64,000 nt of DNA from Mobula hypostoma (GCF_963921235.1 NC_086097.1:204788001-204852000); one strand, 5' to 3'; counted from the stretch's first letter, positions 33,131 through 47,557 are shown. Numbers and translations are program-made. Notes: a model not told the origin generated them from the sequence alone.

Positions 33131-35665
33131 TATAAGACAATAAGACATAGGAGCAGAATTATTCAGCCCATCAAGTCTGCTCTGCCATTTCATCATGGCT
33201 GATCCTTGATCCCATTCAACCCCGTACACCTGCACTCTCACCATATCCCCTGATGCCCTGGCCAATCAGGAATCTACCAATTTCCACTTTGAATATACCC
33301 ACAGACTTGGCCTACACCACAGTCTGTGGCAGAGCATTCGACAGATTCACCACTTGTTGGGTTAAAAAAAATCCTTTCATCTGTTCTAAAAGTTTGCCCC
33401 TCATTTTTGAGGCTGTGTCCTCTGGTTCTTTATACCCCTACAATGGAAAACATCGTACCCACTTCCACCTTATCTGGTCATTTCAAAATTTGGCGGGTTT
33501 CAATGAGATCCCCATGCAATCTTCTAAATGCCAGTTATTACAGGCATAAAGCTTCCAAACACTCCTTATGTTAACCCCTTCATTCCCAGAATCACCTTCT
33601 GGAACCTCCTCTGGACACTTTCCAATAATAATATATACTTTCTGAAATAAGGGATCCAAAACTGTTGACGATACTCCAAGTTTGGCTTGACTAGTGCCTT
33701 ATAAAGCTTCAGCATTATCTCCTTGCTTTTATATTCTGTTCCCCTTGAAATAACTGCCAATATTGCATTTGCCTTCTTTACCACAGACTCAACCTGTGAA
33801 TTAACCTTTTGAGAGTCTTGCACGAGGACTCCTAAGTTCCTCTGTACCTGTGATATTTGAATTTTCTCCCCATTTTAGATGATAGTCTGCACTATTGTTC
33901 CTTTTACTAAAATGCATTAACATGTATTCCATCTGCCACTTTTTTGCCTATACTTCCAATTTGTCTAAGTCCTGCTGCAATCACATTGCTTCCTCAGCAC
34001 TATCCCTACCCCTGCACCTATCTTCGTATCATCTGCAATCTTTGCCACAAAGCCATCAATTCCACTGTCTAAATCATTGACAAACAATGTGAAAGGTAGC
34101 GGCCCCAATATTGACTCCTGAGGAGCACCACTAGTCACCGAGCGAACCAGAAAAGACCGCCTTTATTCCAACTGGCTGCCACCTGCCCCTCAGCCATTCC
34201 TCTATCCAAGCCAGTATATTTTCTGCAACACCATCGGATTTTATCTTGTTAAGCAGCCTCATGTGGGTTACCTTATCAAATGCCTTCTGAAAATCTAAGT
34301 AAATGACATCCACTGCCTCTCCTTTGTCCAACCTGCCTGTTATTTCCTTGAAGAATTCAAATAGATTTGTCAGGCAAGAGTTCCCTTTATAGTAACCATG
34401 CTAACTTTGACTTATTTTATCTTTCATCTCCAAATGCCCCGAAATTTCATCCTTAGTAATGGACTCCAATACTTTCCCAACTACTGAGGTTAGGCTCAGT
34501 TTCCTCTTTTCTTAAACAGTGGAGCGAAATTTCCAATTTTCCAGTCCTCCACGACGATGCTAGAATCAAGTGATTCTTGAAAGACCATGACCAATGCATC
34601 CATTATCTCTTCAGCAACCTCTTTCAGGACTCTGTCATGTTGTCCAGCTGGTCCAGGTAACTTATCCACCATAAAACTTTTGAGTTTGCCTTTCACTTTT
34701 TCCTTTGTAAAAGCAATGGCACTCACTCCTGCTCATGGACCTCTGGCATACAGCTATTGTATTCCACAGTAAAGACTGAAGCAAAGTACTTATTAAGTTC
34801 ATCGGCTATTTCTTTGTCCCCCATTACCACCTCACCACTATCATTTTCCAGTGGTCCAATATCAACTCTCAATTCCCTTTTATTTTTCCGTATCCTGCTC
34901 TATAATATTGGCTAGTTTGCCTTCATATTTCATCTTTTCCCTTAAAGCTTTTTCAGTTGTCTTTTTTTTGTATTTTAAAAACTTCCCAATCATCCAACGT
35001 CCCACTCACTTTTGCTACCTTTATATGCCTTTTCCTTGGCTTCTGTGCAGTCATTAACATCCCTTGTCAGCCACGGTTGCCTAACTCTGCTGGTTAAGAA
35101 CTTCTTCTGTGGGACATATCTATCCTGCGACTTGTAAACTGTTCGCTGAAACTTCAGCCTCTCTAAAGCTTCTGTAATTCTCTGTATTCATTGCAATACT
35201 GACACATGTGACTTATGCTTCTCCTTCTCAAATTGCAGTATGAATTCAATTGTACTATGATCATTGCCTCCTAAGGATTCCTTTATATTAAGCTGACTAA
35301 AAAGATTTGGGTTATTACACAACACCCAATCAAAGCTGGCCTCTCCCCAAGTAGGCTTGAGCAAAAGCTGCTCTAAAGATCCATCTTATAGGCATTCAAC
35401 AAATTCCCTCTCTTGCGATGGGACACCAACCTGATTTTCCCAATCCCCTTGCATATTGATGTCCCTGATTACAGTTGTAATATTACTCTTATTACATGCT
35501 GTTTCCAACTCCCTTTGGAATCCCAACCCTACATCTTGGTATTGTTTGGAGGTCTCTATATGATTCCCAACATGGTTTCTTTCACCCTTGCAGTTTCTTA
35601 ACTCCACGCACAATTTGACATTCTCTGACCCTATGTCACCTCTCTGTAAAGATGTAATTCCATCT
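33131..35665 (-). mobile_element. CR1 LINE, 5'-truncated ORF2 pseudogene
   Basis: Tail ataagacaataagac. ORFs give VIYLDFQKAFD, KLPGPAG, EDWKIGN and endonuclease remnants (VELRNCKG, GDWENQVG). Confidence 0.9.
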
Positions 35666-35724
35666 CAGAACCAGGCTCAAAACTTCATTTGTGGTTGAGC
35701 AAAAATATATTATAAATGTTCATT

Positions 35725-35836
35725 ACGAGGGATTCTACAGATGCAAGAAATCAGAGTAACACACACAAAGTACTGGAGGAACTCAACGGGTCAGACAGCA
35801 TCTATGGAGATGAATAGAGAGTTGATGAGACCCTCT
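35725..35836 (-). mobile_element. Older PLE 3' terminal remnant
   Basis: cagatgc...acacacaaagtactggaggaactcaacgggtcagacagcatctatgg. Confidence 0.65.
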
Positions 35837-36336
35837 ATAAGAACTCATAACTTATAAATGTTTTGTATAATTCCTTTCCTCTTGTACTTAGTGCTCAGCT
35901 GTACAGCCCTGGATTCTGCCTGTGTGTTCACCATTTTCACAACTGGCAATTAATAGCAAATAACTATGCACATCCCTCGCCACCCCTCTACCGATCTTGT
36001 GATCCATTTACAACAATATCCACTAGTCTATACAGCCTCTTTCAATTTCTTTTCCAACAAAATGTAATACTTTACGTTTCTCATTATTACATTAGGGCTG
36101 TCTGTCCATTTCACCAGCCTTTTAGCCTGTAATTATCTTCCTTATTGTTCAGTGCTGCTTTATATTTTGTGTCATTTGCAAAATTGGAAATGGTGCTCTG
36201 TGTGGTCAAACCAAAGGCAGTATAAACTTAAAGATACATATAAAATACATATTTTGATTATATGTTATGTATTATAATATTCACAAAGCAAAGACATTCG
36301 TATCAGTCGCTATTGATCTCTACTCTCCCTTCAGTT

Positions 36337-39300
36337 GAACATAGAACATAGAATAGTACAGCACAGTACAGGCCCTTTGGCCCACAATGTTGTGCCGACC
36401 CTCAAACCCTGCCTCCTATATAACCCCCCACCTTAAATTCCTCCATATACATGTCTGGTAGTCTCTTAAACTTCACTAGTGTATCTGCCTCCACCACTGA
36501 CTCAGGCAGTGCATTCCACGCACCAACCACTCTCTGAGTAAAAAAAACCTTCCTCTAATATCCCCCTTGAACTTCCCACCCCTTACCTTAAAGCCATGTC
36601 CTCTTGTATTGAGTAGTGGTGCCCAGGGGAAGAGGTGCTGGCTGCCCAATCTATCTATTCCTCTTAATATCTTGTATACCTCTATCATGTCTCCTCTCAT
36701 CCTTCTTCTCTACAAAGAGTAAAGCCCTAGCTCCCTTAATCTCTGATCATAATCCATATTCTCTAAACCAGGCAGCATCTTGGTAAATCTCCTCTGTACC
36801 CTTTCCAATGCTTCCACATCCTTCCTATAGTGAGGCAACCAGAACTGGACACAGTACTCCAAATGTGACCTAACCTGAGTGTTATAGAGCTGTATCATTA
36901 CCTCGCGACTCTTAAACTTATGAAAGCTAAAAGCCCATAAGCTTTCTTAACTACCCTATGCACCTGTGACGCAACTTTCAGGGATCTGTGGACATGTACC
37001 CCAAGATCCCTCTGCTCCTCCACACTATCAAGTGTCCTGCCATTTACTTTGTACTCTGCCTTGGGGTTTGTCCTTCCAAAGTGTACCACCTCACACTTCT
37101 CCGGGTTGAACTCCATCTGCCACTTCTCAGTCCACTTCTGCATCCTATCAATGTCTCTCTGCAATCTTCGACAATCCTCTACACTACCTACAACACCACC
37201 AACCTTTATGTCATCTGCAAACTTGCCAACCCACCCTTCTACCTCACATCCAGGTCGTTATTAAAAATCACGAGAAGTAGAGGTCCCAGAACAGATCCTT
37301 GTGGGACACCACTAGTCACAACCCTCCAATCTGAATGTACTCCCTCCACCATGACCCTCTGTCTTCTGCAGGCAAGCCAATTCTGAATCCACCTTGCCAA
37401 ATTTCCCAGAATCCCATGCCTTCTGACTTTCTGAATAAGCCTACCGTTTGGAACCTTGTCAACTGCCTTACTAAAATCCATGTAGATCACAACCACTTCA
37501 CTACCCTCATCTACGTGCCTGGTCAACTCCTCACAGGAGCCTATCAGGCTTGTTAGACACGATGTTCCCTTCACAAAACCATGCTGACTGTCCCTGATCA
37601 GATGATGATTTTCTAAATACCCATAGGTCCTATCTCTGAGAATCTTTTCCAACAGCTTTCCCACCACAGACGTAAGGCTCACTGGTCTATAATTACCCAG
37701 ACTATCCCTACTACCCTTTTTGAACAAGGGGACAACATTGACCTCCCTCCAATCCTCCGGTACCATTTTGAAGACAACGAGGACATAAAGATCCTAGCCA
37801 AAGGCTCAGCAATCTCTTCCCTCGCCTCGTGGAGCAACCTTGGGGAGTATTCCATCAGGTGCCGGGGAGTTATCTGTCCTAGTGTATTTTAACAACTCCA
37901 ACCCGTCCTCTCCCTTAATATCAACATACTCCAGAACATCAACCTCACCATCCTGTCCTCACTGTTATCAAGCTCCCTCTCATTGGTGAATACTGAAAAG
38001 AAGTATTCATTGAGGACTTTGCTAACTTCCACAGCCTCCAGGCACATCTTCTCACCTTTATCTCTAATCAGTGCTACCTTCGCTCCTGTCATCCTTTTTT
38101 TCTTCACATAATTGAAGAATGCCTTGGGGTTTTCCTTTACCCCACTCACCAAGGCCTTCTTATGCCCCCCTCTTGCTCTCCTCAGCCCCTTCTTAAGCTC
38201 CTTTCTTGCTACCCTATATTTCTCAATAGTCCCATCTGATCCTTGCTTCCTAAACCTCATGTATGCTGCCTTCTTCCACCTGACTAAATTTTCCCTGTCA
38301 CTTGTCACCCATGGTTCCTTCACCCTACCATTCTTTATCTTCCTTACCGGGACAAATTCATCCTTAACATCCTGCAAGAGGTCCCTAAACATCGACCACA
38401 TATCTATAGTACATTTCCCTGCAAAAACATCATCCCAATTCACACCCATCTTATAGCCTCTATAGCCTCATAATTTGCCCTTCCCCAATTAAAAATTTTC
38501 CTGTCCTCTCTGATTCTACCTTTTCCATGATAATGCTAAAGGCCAGGGAGCGGTGGTCACTGTCCCCCAGATGCTCACCCACTGAGAGATCTGTGATGTG
38601 ACCCGGTTCGTTACCTAATACTAGATCTAGTATGGCATTCCCCCTGGTCGGCCTGTCCACATACTGTGACAGGAATCCGTCCTGGACACACTGAACAAAC
38701 TCTGCCCCATCTAAACCCTTGGAACTAATCAAGTGCCAATCAATATTAGGGAAGTTAAAGTCACCCATGATAACAACCCTGTTACTTTTGCACCTTTCCA
38801 AAATCTGCCTCCCAATCTGCTCCTTGGTATCTCTGCTGCTACCAGGGGGCCTATAGAATACTCCCAATAGAGTAACTGCTCCTTTCCTGTTCCTGACTTC
38901 CACCCATACTGACTCAAAAGAGGATCCTGTTACATTACCCACCCTTTCTGTAGATATAATAGTATCCCTGACCATTAATGCTACCCCTCCTCCCCTTTTC
39001 CTCCCTCTCTATCCCTTTTAAAGCACTGAAATCCAGGAATATTGAGAATCCATTCTTGTCCTGTTGCCAGCCAAGTCTCTGTAATGGCCACTTCATCATA
39101 ATTCCATGTATGTATCCAAGCTCTCAGTTCATCACCCTTGTTCCTGATGTTTCTTGCATTGAAGTACACGCACTTTAGCCCTTCTACCTTACTATCTTTA
39201 CCCCCTTTATTCTGTTTCTCTTTCCTCAAAACCTCTCTATATGTTAGATCTGGCTTTACTCCATGCACTTCTTCCACTGCTCTATCGCTCCGGGTCCCAT

Positions 39301-39350
39301 CCCTCTTATCCCCCTTGCAAATTAGTTTAAACCCTCCTGAACCATGCTAG
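36337..39350 (-). mobile_element. Younger CR1 LINE, (TTCTATG)n-tailed group; near-complete ORF2 pseudogene plus end of ORF1
   Basis: Tail gaacatagaacatagaa. ORFs give [46 protein letters not shown] and [10 protein letters not shown]. Confidence 0.93.
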
Positions 39351-39359
39351 TTGGAAAAA

Positions 39360-40000
39360 CAATCTTCTGTTTCCCTTCTTTTTCTTTTTATAAAATCAGT
39401 TCATGCTGCCATTTATTACAGGACCTACTATGTGACACCTAATCAAAAGCTTATAGGAAGTCTATATATTTCACAGCAACCATTTTTCCATCATTAACCT
39501 TTTCTGTTAATTCTTCAAAACTCTCCTAGGTTAATTAGGCACAATTTGAATTTAACAAATCCAAACTGGCTTTCTGTAATCAATACACAGTTGTTCAAGT
39601 GTCTGCTAATTTTACTTAGTTTCTCGAACTTTTCTCATTACTCAGGTTAACTTGACAGGTCTCCAGTTACTGGGTATATTCCAATGCACTTTATTGAATA
39701 AGAATGCAACATTTACATTTTGCAAATCATCAGGCACCACTGCTGAATCTGTAGATAGTTGATAAAGGTGGGCAGATTCTCAACAATTTGTCAACTACTT
39801 TCCTCAACAATTTTGGATTCATTCCACCTGGACCAGTTGACTTATCCACTTCAAATGCAGCACCCCTTTGCAGCACATCCTCTTTAACAACTTATAGCCC
39901 ATTTGTTATCTCAAGTATCCCTCCATTTATTAGACTCCTGTTACATGTTCCTTGGTAAAGACATCTGTTAAGTACTGACTTCGTACATCAACCATGCTTG
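39360..40000 (-). mobile_element. Old decayed CR1 RT fragment (probably continuous with ~35880-36220 and beyond 41388)
   Basis: Diverged RT motifs: ttgacaggtctccagttactggg, ccacctggaccagttgacttatcc. Confidence 0.55.
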
Positions 40001-41387
40001 TGTGATGGTACTGGGTTTGTCTACTGCGAAGTTCTAAACTCAAACAAAGACCTTAAGCTCTATCCAATATAAATAGCCATGGATGCCCTCATTAAACTCT
40101 GCCATGAACGGTTCACAAGTGCCGCTGTGAAAGAAGGAGGGTTGGGTATGGGACTAGCAACACTATCTCGTAAAAACCCAGTGCTACAGAAATGCCAACA
40201 GAAGCTCCAAAGACCTCATCTCTGAGAGGGAAAGAATACACCAAGAAGATATGCTACACCTGGGAAAGCTTGAAAGACAAGTCCAGGACAGATGACTTTG
40301 GCAAGCTGCTGTTTGTTGCCTGGGCACTTGAGAAGAAGACCCTGACTAAAGGGCGGTTATACTGTAACTACCCAATCTTCAAAGACAACTTCCCTGTTCA
40401 TTCTCCATGGCGAGTTTAGCTGCCACTAACCATTATTTGAATGGTGTGTCCCTCCCCCCAGCAAGAAGAAGATACTTGCAGCTAACAGAGTACTTTAAAC
40501 ATAGTTCAATTATCTTCAGTGATACACGTCTTAATTCAAACAACAATCTAAAAACATGTTTAAAACTCACAGAGAATTTCTATCTTATAAAATATTTCCA
40601 AGTTACAAACCACTTCTAAAACACAAAGGATTTCCAAAACACAGGTACAGTACAATAAATATAAGGTAAAAGACATAACTGTGAGCTGCAAATGAACCAG
40701 TCATTTGTCACAGAGATTGAAGGCAGGGGAATGGATTCTAGTTCATCCCGTGTCTCTGTCACATTTCTTAATGCTTCTTACCATTCCGAATAAGCCTGAA
40801 CTGCTCTCTAAATTTACACTATATTTTGCCACTTGGTGACTTCACACTCATATGATAGTTTTTTTCAGAAATCCTTCTTACAGAAATGATTCAAAACCTT
40901 CTTGGAGACATGGTTCCCAGCTACCTACAATTAATACCAAGAAACTGACTTCTTGAGTACATAAAACTTCCAAGTTATTAACATGATAATTAATTTATAT
41001 GCTGATCTGGTCTGTAAGATGCCTTGAATTAAACAATTTAGCCAATGTTAGCTGTTTTGAAACAAGCCAAATTAAGTAACCCAAATTAAACAACCCGTTG
41101 TTTTATGCTGCACCTCTTCAGCGATAAGCACAGGTGCTGTATGCTAGCAGTCTGCTTTATAGATAGTGCTTTTTGCAAAACTATCTTTTCAACTTAAAAC
41201 TGATTACTGCTTGTCTGTTATATTGAGAACTGAAGCCTGGCTTCCATTTACAACCAGAAACTAAACAAAAAATATTAGTTGAAAGCTTAACTCATTCAAA
41301 AACAACTGTTTCATCTTTACAAGTGTCATCTGAGCTTGGGTAAAAACAAGAGGCCTCCTGGCCCAAAGGCAGTGAGTATCCATCATA
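40001..41387 (-). mobile_element. Old solo-LTR-like element (family X), copy 1
   Basis: Termini tgtgatgg...ccatcata. Colinear similarity along its length to 49352-50462. Flanks cttg/cctg form a degenerate 4-bp TSD. Confidence 0.7.
40080..40340 (+). mobile_element. Short RTE-derived non-autonomous retroposon inserted in LTR-X copy 1
   Basis: Absent from the sister copy at 49352. An RTE 5'-like motif (gggttgggtatgggactagcaac...cgtaaaaac) is joined to an RTE 3'-like end (acctgggaaagcttgaaagac..gtccaggacaga...tggcaagctgctg). Confidence 0.55.
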
Positions 41388-44200
41388 CCTGGGTTCTCAA
41401 TGAATCAATTTCCTTTTTAGTATCTGTTCACACCCTTCTCTCCTCTTATTCTTTCCCACTTTCCAACATAGAAGAAGGTATATTTTAATATTTTTTGTAA
41501 GACCATAAGACGTAAGCTGAATTAAGCCACTTGGCCCATCGAGTCTGCTCTGCCATTCAATCATGGCTGATCTTTTTTCGTCTCCACAGCCCCACTCCCC
41601 AGCCTTCTTCCCGTAACCTTTGATGCTATGTCCAAATAAGAATCTATCATCCAACGACTTGGCCTCCACAGCTGCCTGTGTAATAAATTCCACAAATCCT
41701 CCACCCTATAGCTAAAGAAATTTCTCTGCATTGCTGTTTTAAATAGACATCCCTCTATCATGAGGCTGTGTCCCCTTGTCCTAGACTCCCCCACCATGGC
41801 AAACATCTTTTCTGCATCTACCATGTCTAGACCTTTCAAAATTCGAAAGGTTTCAATGAGATCCCCCTTCATCCTTCTAACTTCCAGGAGTACAGACCCA
41901 GAGACATCAAATGTTCCTCATATGATAACCCATTCCTTACCAGAATCATCCTTGTGAACCTCAACTGAACCCTCTCCAATGCCAGCACAATTTTTCTTAG
42001 ATGAGGAGCCTCACCAGAGCCTTATAGAGCCTCAGCATCACATCCCTGTTCTTGTATACTAAACCTTTTGACCTGAATGTTAACATTGCATTTGCCTTCC
42101 TCACCTCTGACTATACCTGCAAGTTAGCCTTTAGAGTGTTAACCTCAGATTAACACTATACCTGCAAGTTAACCTTTAGGGTGTTAACCTCAGATTTTTG
42201 GATTTTCTCCATTTGGAAAATAATCTGCACATTTATTTCTACTACCAAAATGCATGACCATGCATTTTCCAACATTGTATTTCATTTGTTACTTTCTTGC
42301 CCTTTCTTCTAATTTGTCTTAAGTCCTTTTGCAGACTATTTGCTTCCTCAACACTACCTGTCCCTATCAATTTTCATATCATCTGCAAACTTGGCAACAA
42401 ATCCATCTATTTCGTCATCTAAATCATTGATATACAGCATAAAAAGAAGCATCCCAACACTGACTCCTGTGGAACACCACTAGTCACTGGCAGCCAACCA
42501 GAAAAGGATCCTGTTATTCTCTCTCACTGCCTCCCACTAATCAGCCAATGCTCTAACCATGCCAGTAACATTCCTATAATGCCATGGGTTCATAACTTGG
42601 TAAGCAGTCTCATGTGTAGCACCTTGTCAAAGACCTTCTGAAAGTCCAGATTTACAACATCCACTTTATCTATCCTAAGTGTAATTTCCTCAAAGAATTC
42701 CAACGGGTTTGTCAGGCAAGATTTCCCTTAAGGACCCCATGCTGATTTTGTCCTATCTTGTCCTGTGTCACCAAGTACTCCGTAGCCTCATCCTTAACAA
42801 TTGACTCCAACATCTTTCCAACCCCTGAGGTCAGGCTAACGGATCTACAATTTCCTTTCTGCTGCTTTCCTCCTTTCGTAAAGAGTGGAGTGACATTTGC
42901 AATTTTCCAGTCCTCTGGCACCATGCCAGAGTCCAATGATTTTGAAAGATCATTACAAATGTCTTCACGATCTCTACTGCTACCTCTCAGAACACTAGGG
43001 TGCAGTTCATCTGATCCAGGTGACTTGGGTCTTTCAGCTTTTTGAGCACCTTCTCTCATGTAATAGTAACTGCACCCACTTAGCTTCCTTCACACACTAC
43101 ACCATCAGGCATACTGTTAGTGTTTTTCACAGTGAAGATTGTTGCAAGCTATTCATTTAGTTCACTTGCCATCTCCTTGGTCCCCGTTACTGGTCTGAAG
43201 GTAGATAAGTCTCTTGGACCTGATGGAATGTGCCCTTGAGTTCTGAAGGAATTAACTGGAGAAATTGCGGTGGCATTAACAATGATCTTTTAAGAATCAA
43301 TAGATTCTGGCATTTTACCGGATGACTGGAAAATTGCAAATGTTACTACACTATTTAAGAGGGGTGGGAGGCAGCTGAAAGGAAACTAGACCTGTTAGCC
43401 TGATAGCAGTGGTTGGGAAGTTGTTGAAATTGATTGTTTGGGATGAAATTATGGAATACCTGGAGGCAAGTGACAAGATAGCCCGAAGCCAACATGGTTT
43501 CCTGAAAGAAAACTCCTGCCTGACTAACCTACTGCAATTTTTTGAGGAAATTACAAACAGGGTAGACAAAGGAGATGCAGTAGACGTGGTGTACTTGGAT
43601 TTTCAGAAGGCCTTTGACAAGGTGCCGCACATGAGGCTGCTTAGCAAGATAAGAGCCCATGGAATTACAGGGGCATGGAATTACTAGCATCGGTGGAGCA
43701 CTGGCTGATTGGCAGAAAACAGAGTGGGAATAAAGGGATCCTATTCTGGCTGGCTGCCGGTTACCAGTGGAGTTCCACAGGGGTCGGTGTTCGGACCGCT
43801 GCCTTTTACAATGTATGTCAATGATTTGGACTATGGGATTAATGGATTTGTAGCTAAATTTGCCAATGATACAAAGATAGGTGGAGGAGCGGGTAGTGTT
43901 GAGGAAACACAGAACCTGCAGAGAGACTTAGATGGTTTAGGGGAATGGGCAAAGAAGTAGCAAATGAAGTACAATGATGGAAAGTGTATGGTCATGCACT
44001 TTGGTGGAAGAAATAAATGGGCAGACTATTATTTAGATGGGGAGAGAATTCAAAATGCAGAGATGCAAAGGGAATTGGGAGTCCTTGTGCAGGATACCAG
44101 AAAGGTTAACCTCCAGGTTGAGTTGGTGGTGAAGAAGGTGAATGCAATGTTTACATTCATTTCTAGACGTATAGAATATAAAAGTAGGGATGTGATGTTG

Positions 44201-47200
44201 ACTTCCCTAATATTGATTGGCACCTGATTAGTTCCAAGGATTTAGATGGGGCAGAGTTTGTTAAGTGTGTCCAGGACGGATTCCTGTCACAGTATGTGGA
44301 CAGGCCGACTAGGGGGAATGCCATACTAGATCTAGTACTAGGTAAAGAACCGGGTCTGGTCACAGATCTCTCAGTGGGTGAGCATCTAGGGGACAGTGAC
44401 CACTGCTCCCTGGCCTTTAGCATTATCATGGAAAAGGATAGAATCAGAGAGGACAGGAGAATTTTTAATTGGGGAAGGGCAAATTATGAAACTATAAGGC
44501 TAGAACTTGCGGGTGTGAATTGGGATGATGTTTTTCAAGGGAAATGTACTATGGACATGTGGTCGATGTTTAGAGATCTCTTGCAGGATGTTAGGGATAA
44601 ATTTGTCCCGGTGAGGAAGATAAAGAATGGTAGGGTGAAGGAACCATGGGTGACAAATGAGGTGGAAAATCTAGTCAGGTGGAAGAAGGCAGCATACATG
44701 AGGTTTAGGAAGCAAGGATCAGATGGGTCTATTGAATATAGGGAAGCAAGAAAGGAGTTTAAGAAGGGGCTGAGAAGAGCAAGAAGGGGGTATGAGAAAG
44801 CCTTGGTGAGTCGGGTAAAGGAAAACCCCAAGGCATTCTTCAATTATGTGAAGAAAGAAAGGATGACAGGAGTGAAGGTAGGACTGATTAGAGATAAAGG
44901 TGGGAAGATGTGCCTGGAGGCTGTGGAAATGAGCGAAGTCCTCAATGAATACTTCTCTTCGGTATTCACCAATGAGAGGGAACTTGATGATGGTGAGGAC
45001 AATATGAGTGAGGTTGTTCTGGAGCATGTTGATATTAAGGGAGAGGAGGTGTTGGAGTTGTTAAAATACATTAGGATGGATAAGTCCCCGGGGCCTGACA
45101 GAATATTCCCCAGGCTGCTCCACGAGTGAGGGAAGAGATTGCTGAGCCTCTGGCTAGGATCCTTATGTCCTCGTTGTCCACGGGAATGGTACCGGAGGAT
45201 TGGAAGGAGGCAATTGTTGTCCCCTTGTTCAAAAAAGGTAGTAGGGATAGTCCGGATAATTATAGACCAGTGAGCCTTACGTCTGTGGTGGGAAAGCTGT
45301 TGGAAAAGATTCTTAGAGATAGGATCTCTGGGCATTTAGAGAATCATGGTCTGATCAGGGACAATCAGCATGGCTTTGTGAAGGGCAGATCGTGTCTAAC
45401 AAGCCTGATAGAGTTCTTTGAGGAGGTGACCAGGCATATAGATGAGGGTAGTGCAGTGGATGTGATCTAGATGGATTTTAGTAAGACATTTGACAAGGTT
45501 CCACACGGTAGGCTTATTCAGAAAGTCAGAAGGCATGGGATCCAGGGAAGTTTGGCCAAGTGGATTCAGAATTGGCTTGCCTGCAGAAGGCAGAGGGTCA
45601 TGGTGGAGGGAGTACATTCAGATTGGAGGATTATGACTAGCGGTGTCCCACAAGGATCTGTTCTGGGACCTCTACTTTTCCTGATTTTTATTAACGACCT
45701 GGATGTGGGGGTAGAAGGGTGGGTTGGCAAGTTTGCAGATGACACGAAGGTTGGTGGTGCTGTAGATAGTGTAGAGGATTGTCAAAGATTGCAGAGAGAC
45801 ATTGATATGATGCATAAGTGGGCTGAGAAGTGGCAGATGGAGTTCAACCGGGAGAAGTGTGAGGTAGTACACTTTGGAAGGACAAACTCCAAGGCAGAGT
45901 ACAAAGTAAATGGCAGGATACTTAGTAGTGTGGAGGAGCAGAGGGATCTCGGGGTACATGTCCACAGATCCCTGAAAGTTGCCTCACAGGTGGATAGGGT
46001 AGTTAAGAAAGCTTATGGGGTGTTAGCTTTCATAAGTCAAAGGATAGAGTTTAAGTCACAATGTAATGATGCAGCTCTATAAAACTCTGATTAGGCCACA
46101 CTTGGAGTACTGTGTCCAGTTCTTGTTGCCTCACTATAGGAAGGACGTGGAAGCATTGGAAAAGGTACTGTCATGATCCGGTCCTTGAAGTCCGTATTCC
46201 TGTTCACAGCCCACTCCATCGACCCAGGTTTTCCTGTCTACCCTGTTTCTGTTCTTGTTGAGCTGTAATTGTGGCAGCTGATGCTCGTTGGGGCTGGCTG
46301 CATAAATAACTTCAGAGACCAGGACGTGGCTGCTGGATAGTTCTTGTCCCTACTCCTTGTATCCCTTCCTCTTCCTTCTGTTTCCTGGCCTGAAGCCTTG
46401 CCTTGTTTTGCTGGTAACTCTCGCCTCGCCTGAAGTTCTCGTTTCGCTTGCATTGCCTGAAGCCTTGCCTTGTTTTGCCGGTAACTCTCACCTCGCCTGA
46501 AGTTCTGGTTTCGCCTTGCATTGCCTGAAGCCTTGCCTGGTCTTGCTGGTATCTCTCGCCTTGTCTTGTCTGTAGTCTGGTCCTGGAGCCACCCCGTACC
46601 TAGCTCCTTCCTAACCCTTGCCTCCGTCGGGTAAGCCAGGCCGTATTGCCGTTACCTGCAGTTGGTTCTGTCCCTTCTTGTCCCTTGCCTCCGTTGGGGG
46701 GTGATCTGCGCCCTGCCCGGTGGTACCGCACCCTGCCCAGGGGTACCCCGTCCTGCCCAGGAGGAGACCCCAGCATCCAGCCTCCTGCCAAGCCTTGCCT
46801 CAAGTCTCCAGCCTCCTGCCAAGCCCCGCCTCAAGTCTCCAGCCTCAAGCCTGAAGACTCCATCCTCATCCTTGCCTAGTTCTGGGGTCCGAGCCAGAGG
46901 CAAGAGCCAGGTACTGGGTCCTTGTCCAGTCTCTGGCTCGGAGTCCAAGCCCGTGCTCCTACCTCCCTTGTCCAGTCCTGTTCCATGTTCCCGGTTTTTG
47001 TGTCCATGTCCTTGCTCTCACCCTGCATCCTAGTCCTGTCCCTAGTACTTCAGTGTCTGTGTCTTACACTTGGGTCCGTTCCCAGCCACCTCCCTATGAC
47101 AAGTAGAGAGGAGATTTACCAGGATGCTGCCTGGTTTAGAGAGTATGCATTTTGATCAGAGATTAAGGGAGCTAGGGCTTTACTCTTTGGAGAGAAGGAG

Positions 47201-47557
47201 GATGAGAGAAGACATGATAGAGGTGTACAAGATAATAAGAGGAATAGATAGAGTGGATAGCCAACACCTCTTCCCCTGGGCACCACTGCTCAATACAAGA
47301 GGACATGGCTTTAAGGTAAGGGGTGGGAAGTTCAAGGGGGATATTAGAGGAAGGTTTTTTACTCAGAGAGTGGTTGGTGCGTGGAATGCACTGCCTGAGT
47401 CAGTGGCGGAGGGAGATACACTAGTGAAGTTTAAGAGACTACTAGACAGGTATACGGAGGATTTTAAGGTGGGGGCTTATATGGGAGGCAGGGTTTAAGG
47501 GTTGGCACATCATTGTGGGCCGAAGGGCCTGTAGTGTGCTGTACTATTCTATGTTCT
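44201..47557 (+). mobile_element. Younger CR1 LINE, (TTCTATG)n-tailed group, 5'-truncated, carrying an LTR insertion
   Basis: ORFs 44296-46082 and 47124-47498. TSD atgttg at 44195-44200 and 47558-47563. Confidence 0.92.
46169..47101 (+). mobile_element. Solo LTR (family Y) inserted in CR1 ORF2
   Basis: Termini tgtcat...atgaca. It splits the CR1 ALE(R)VQRRFTRMLPG motif. Degenerate 5-bp TSD ggtac/agtag. The 3' end (tagtacttcagtgtctg...tgggtc) matches the 19337 copy. ~68-bp internal tandem repeats at ~46388-46565. Confidence 0.82.
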
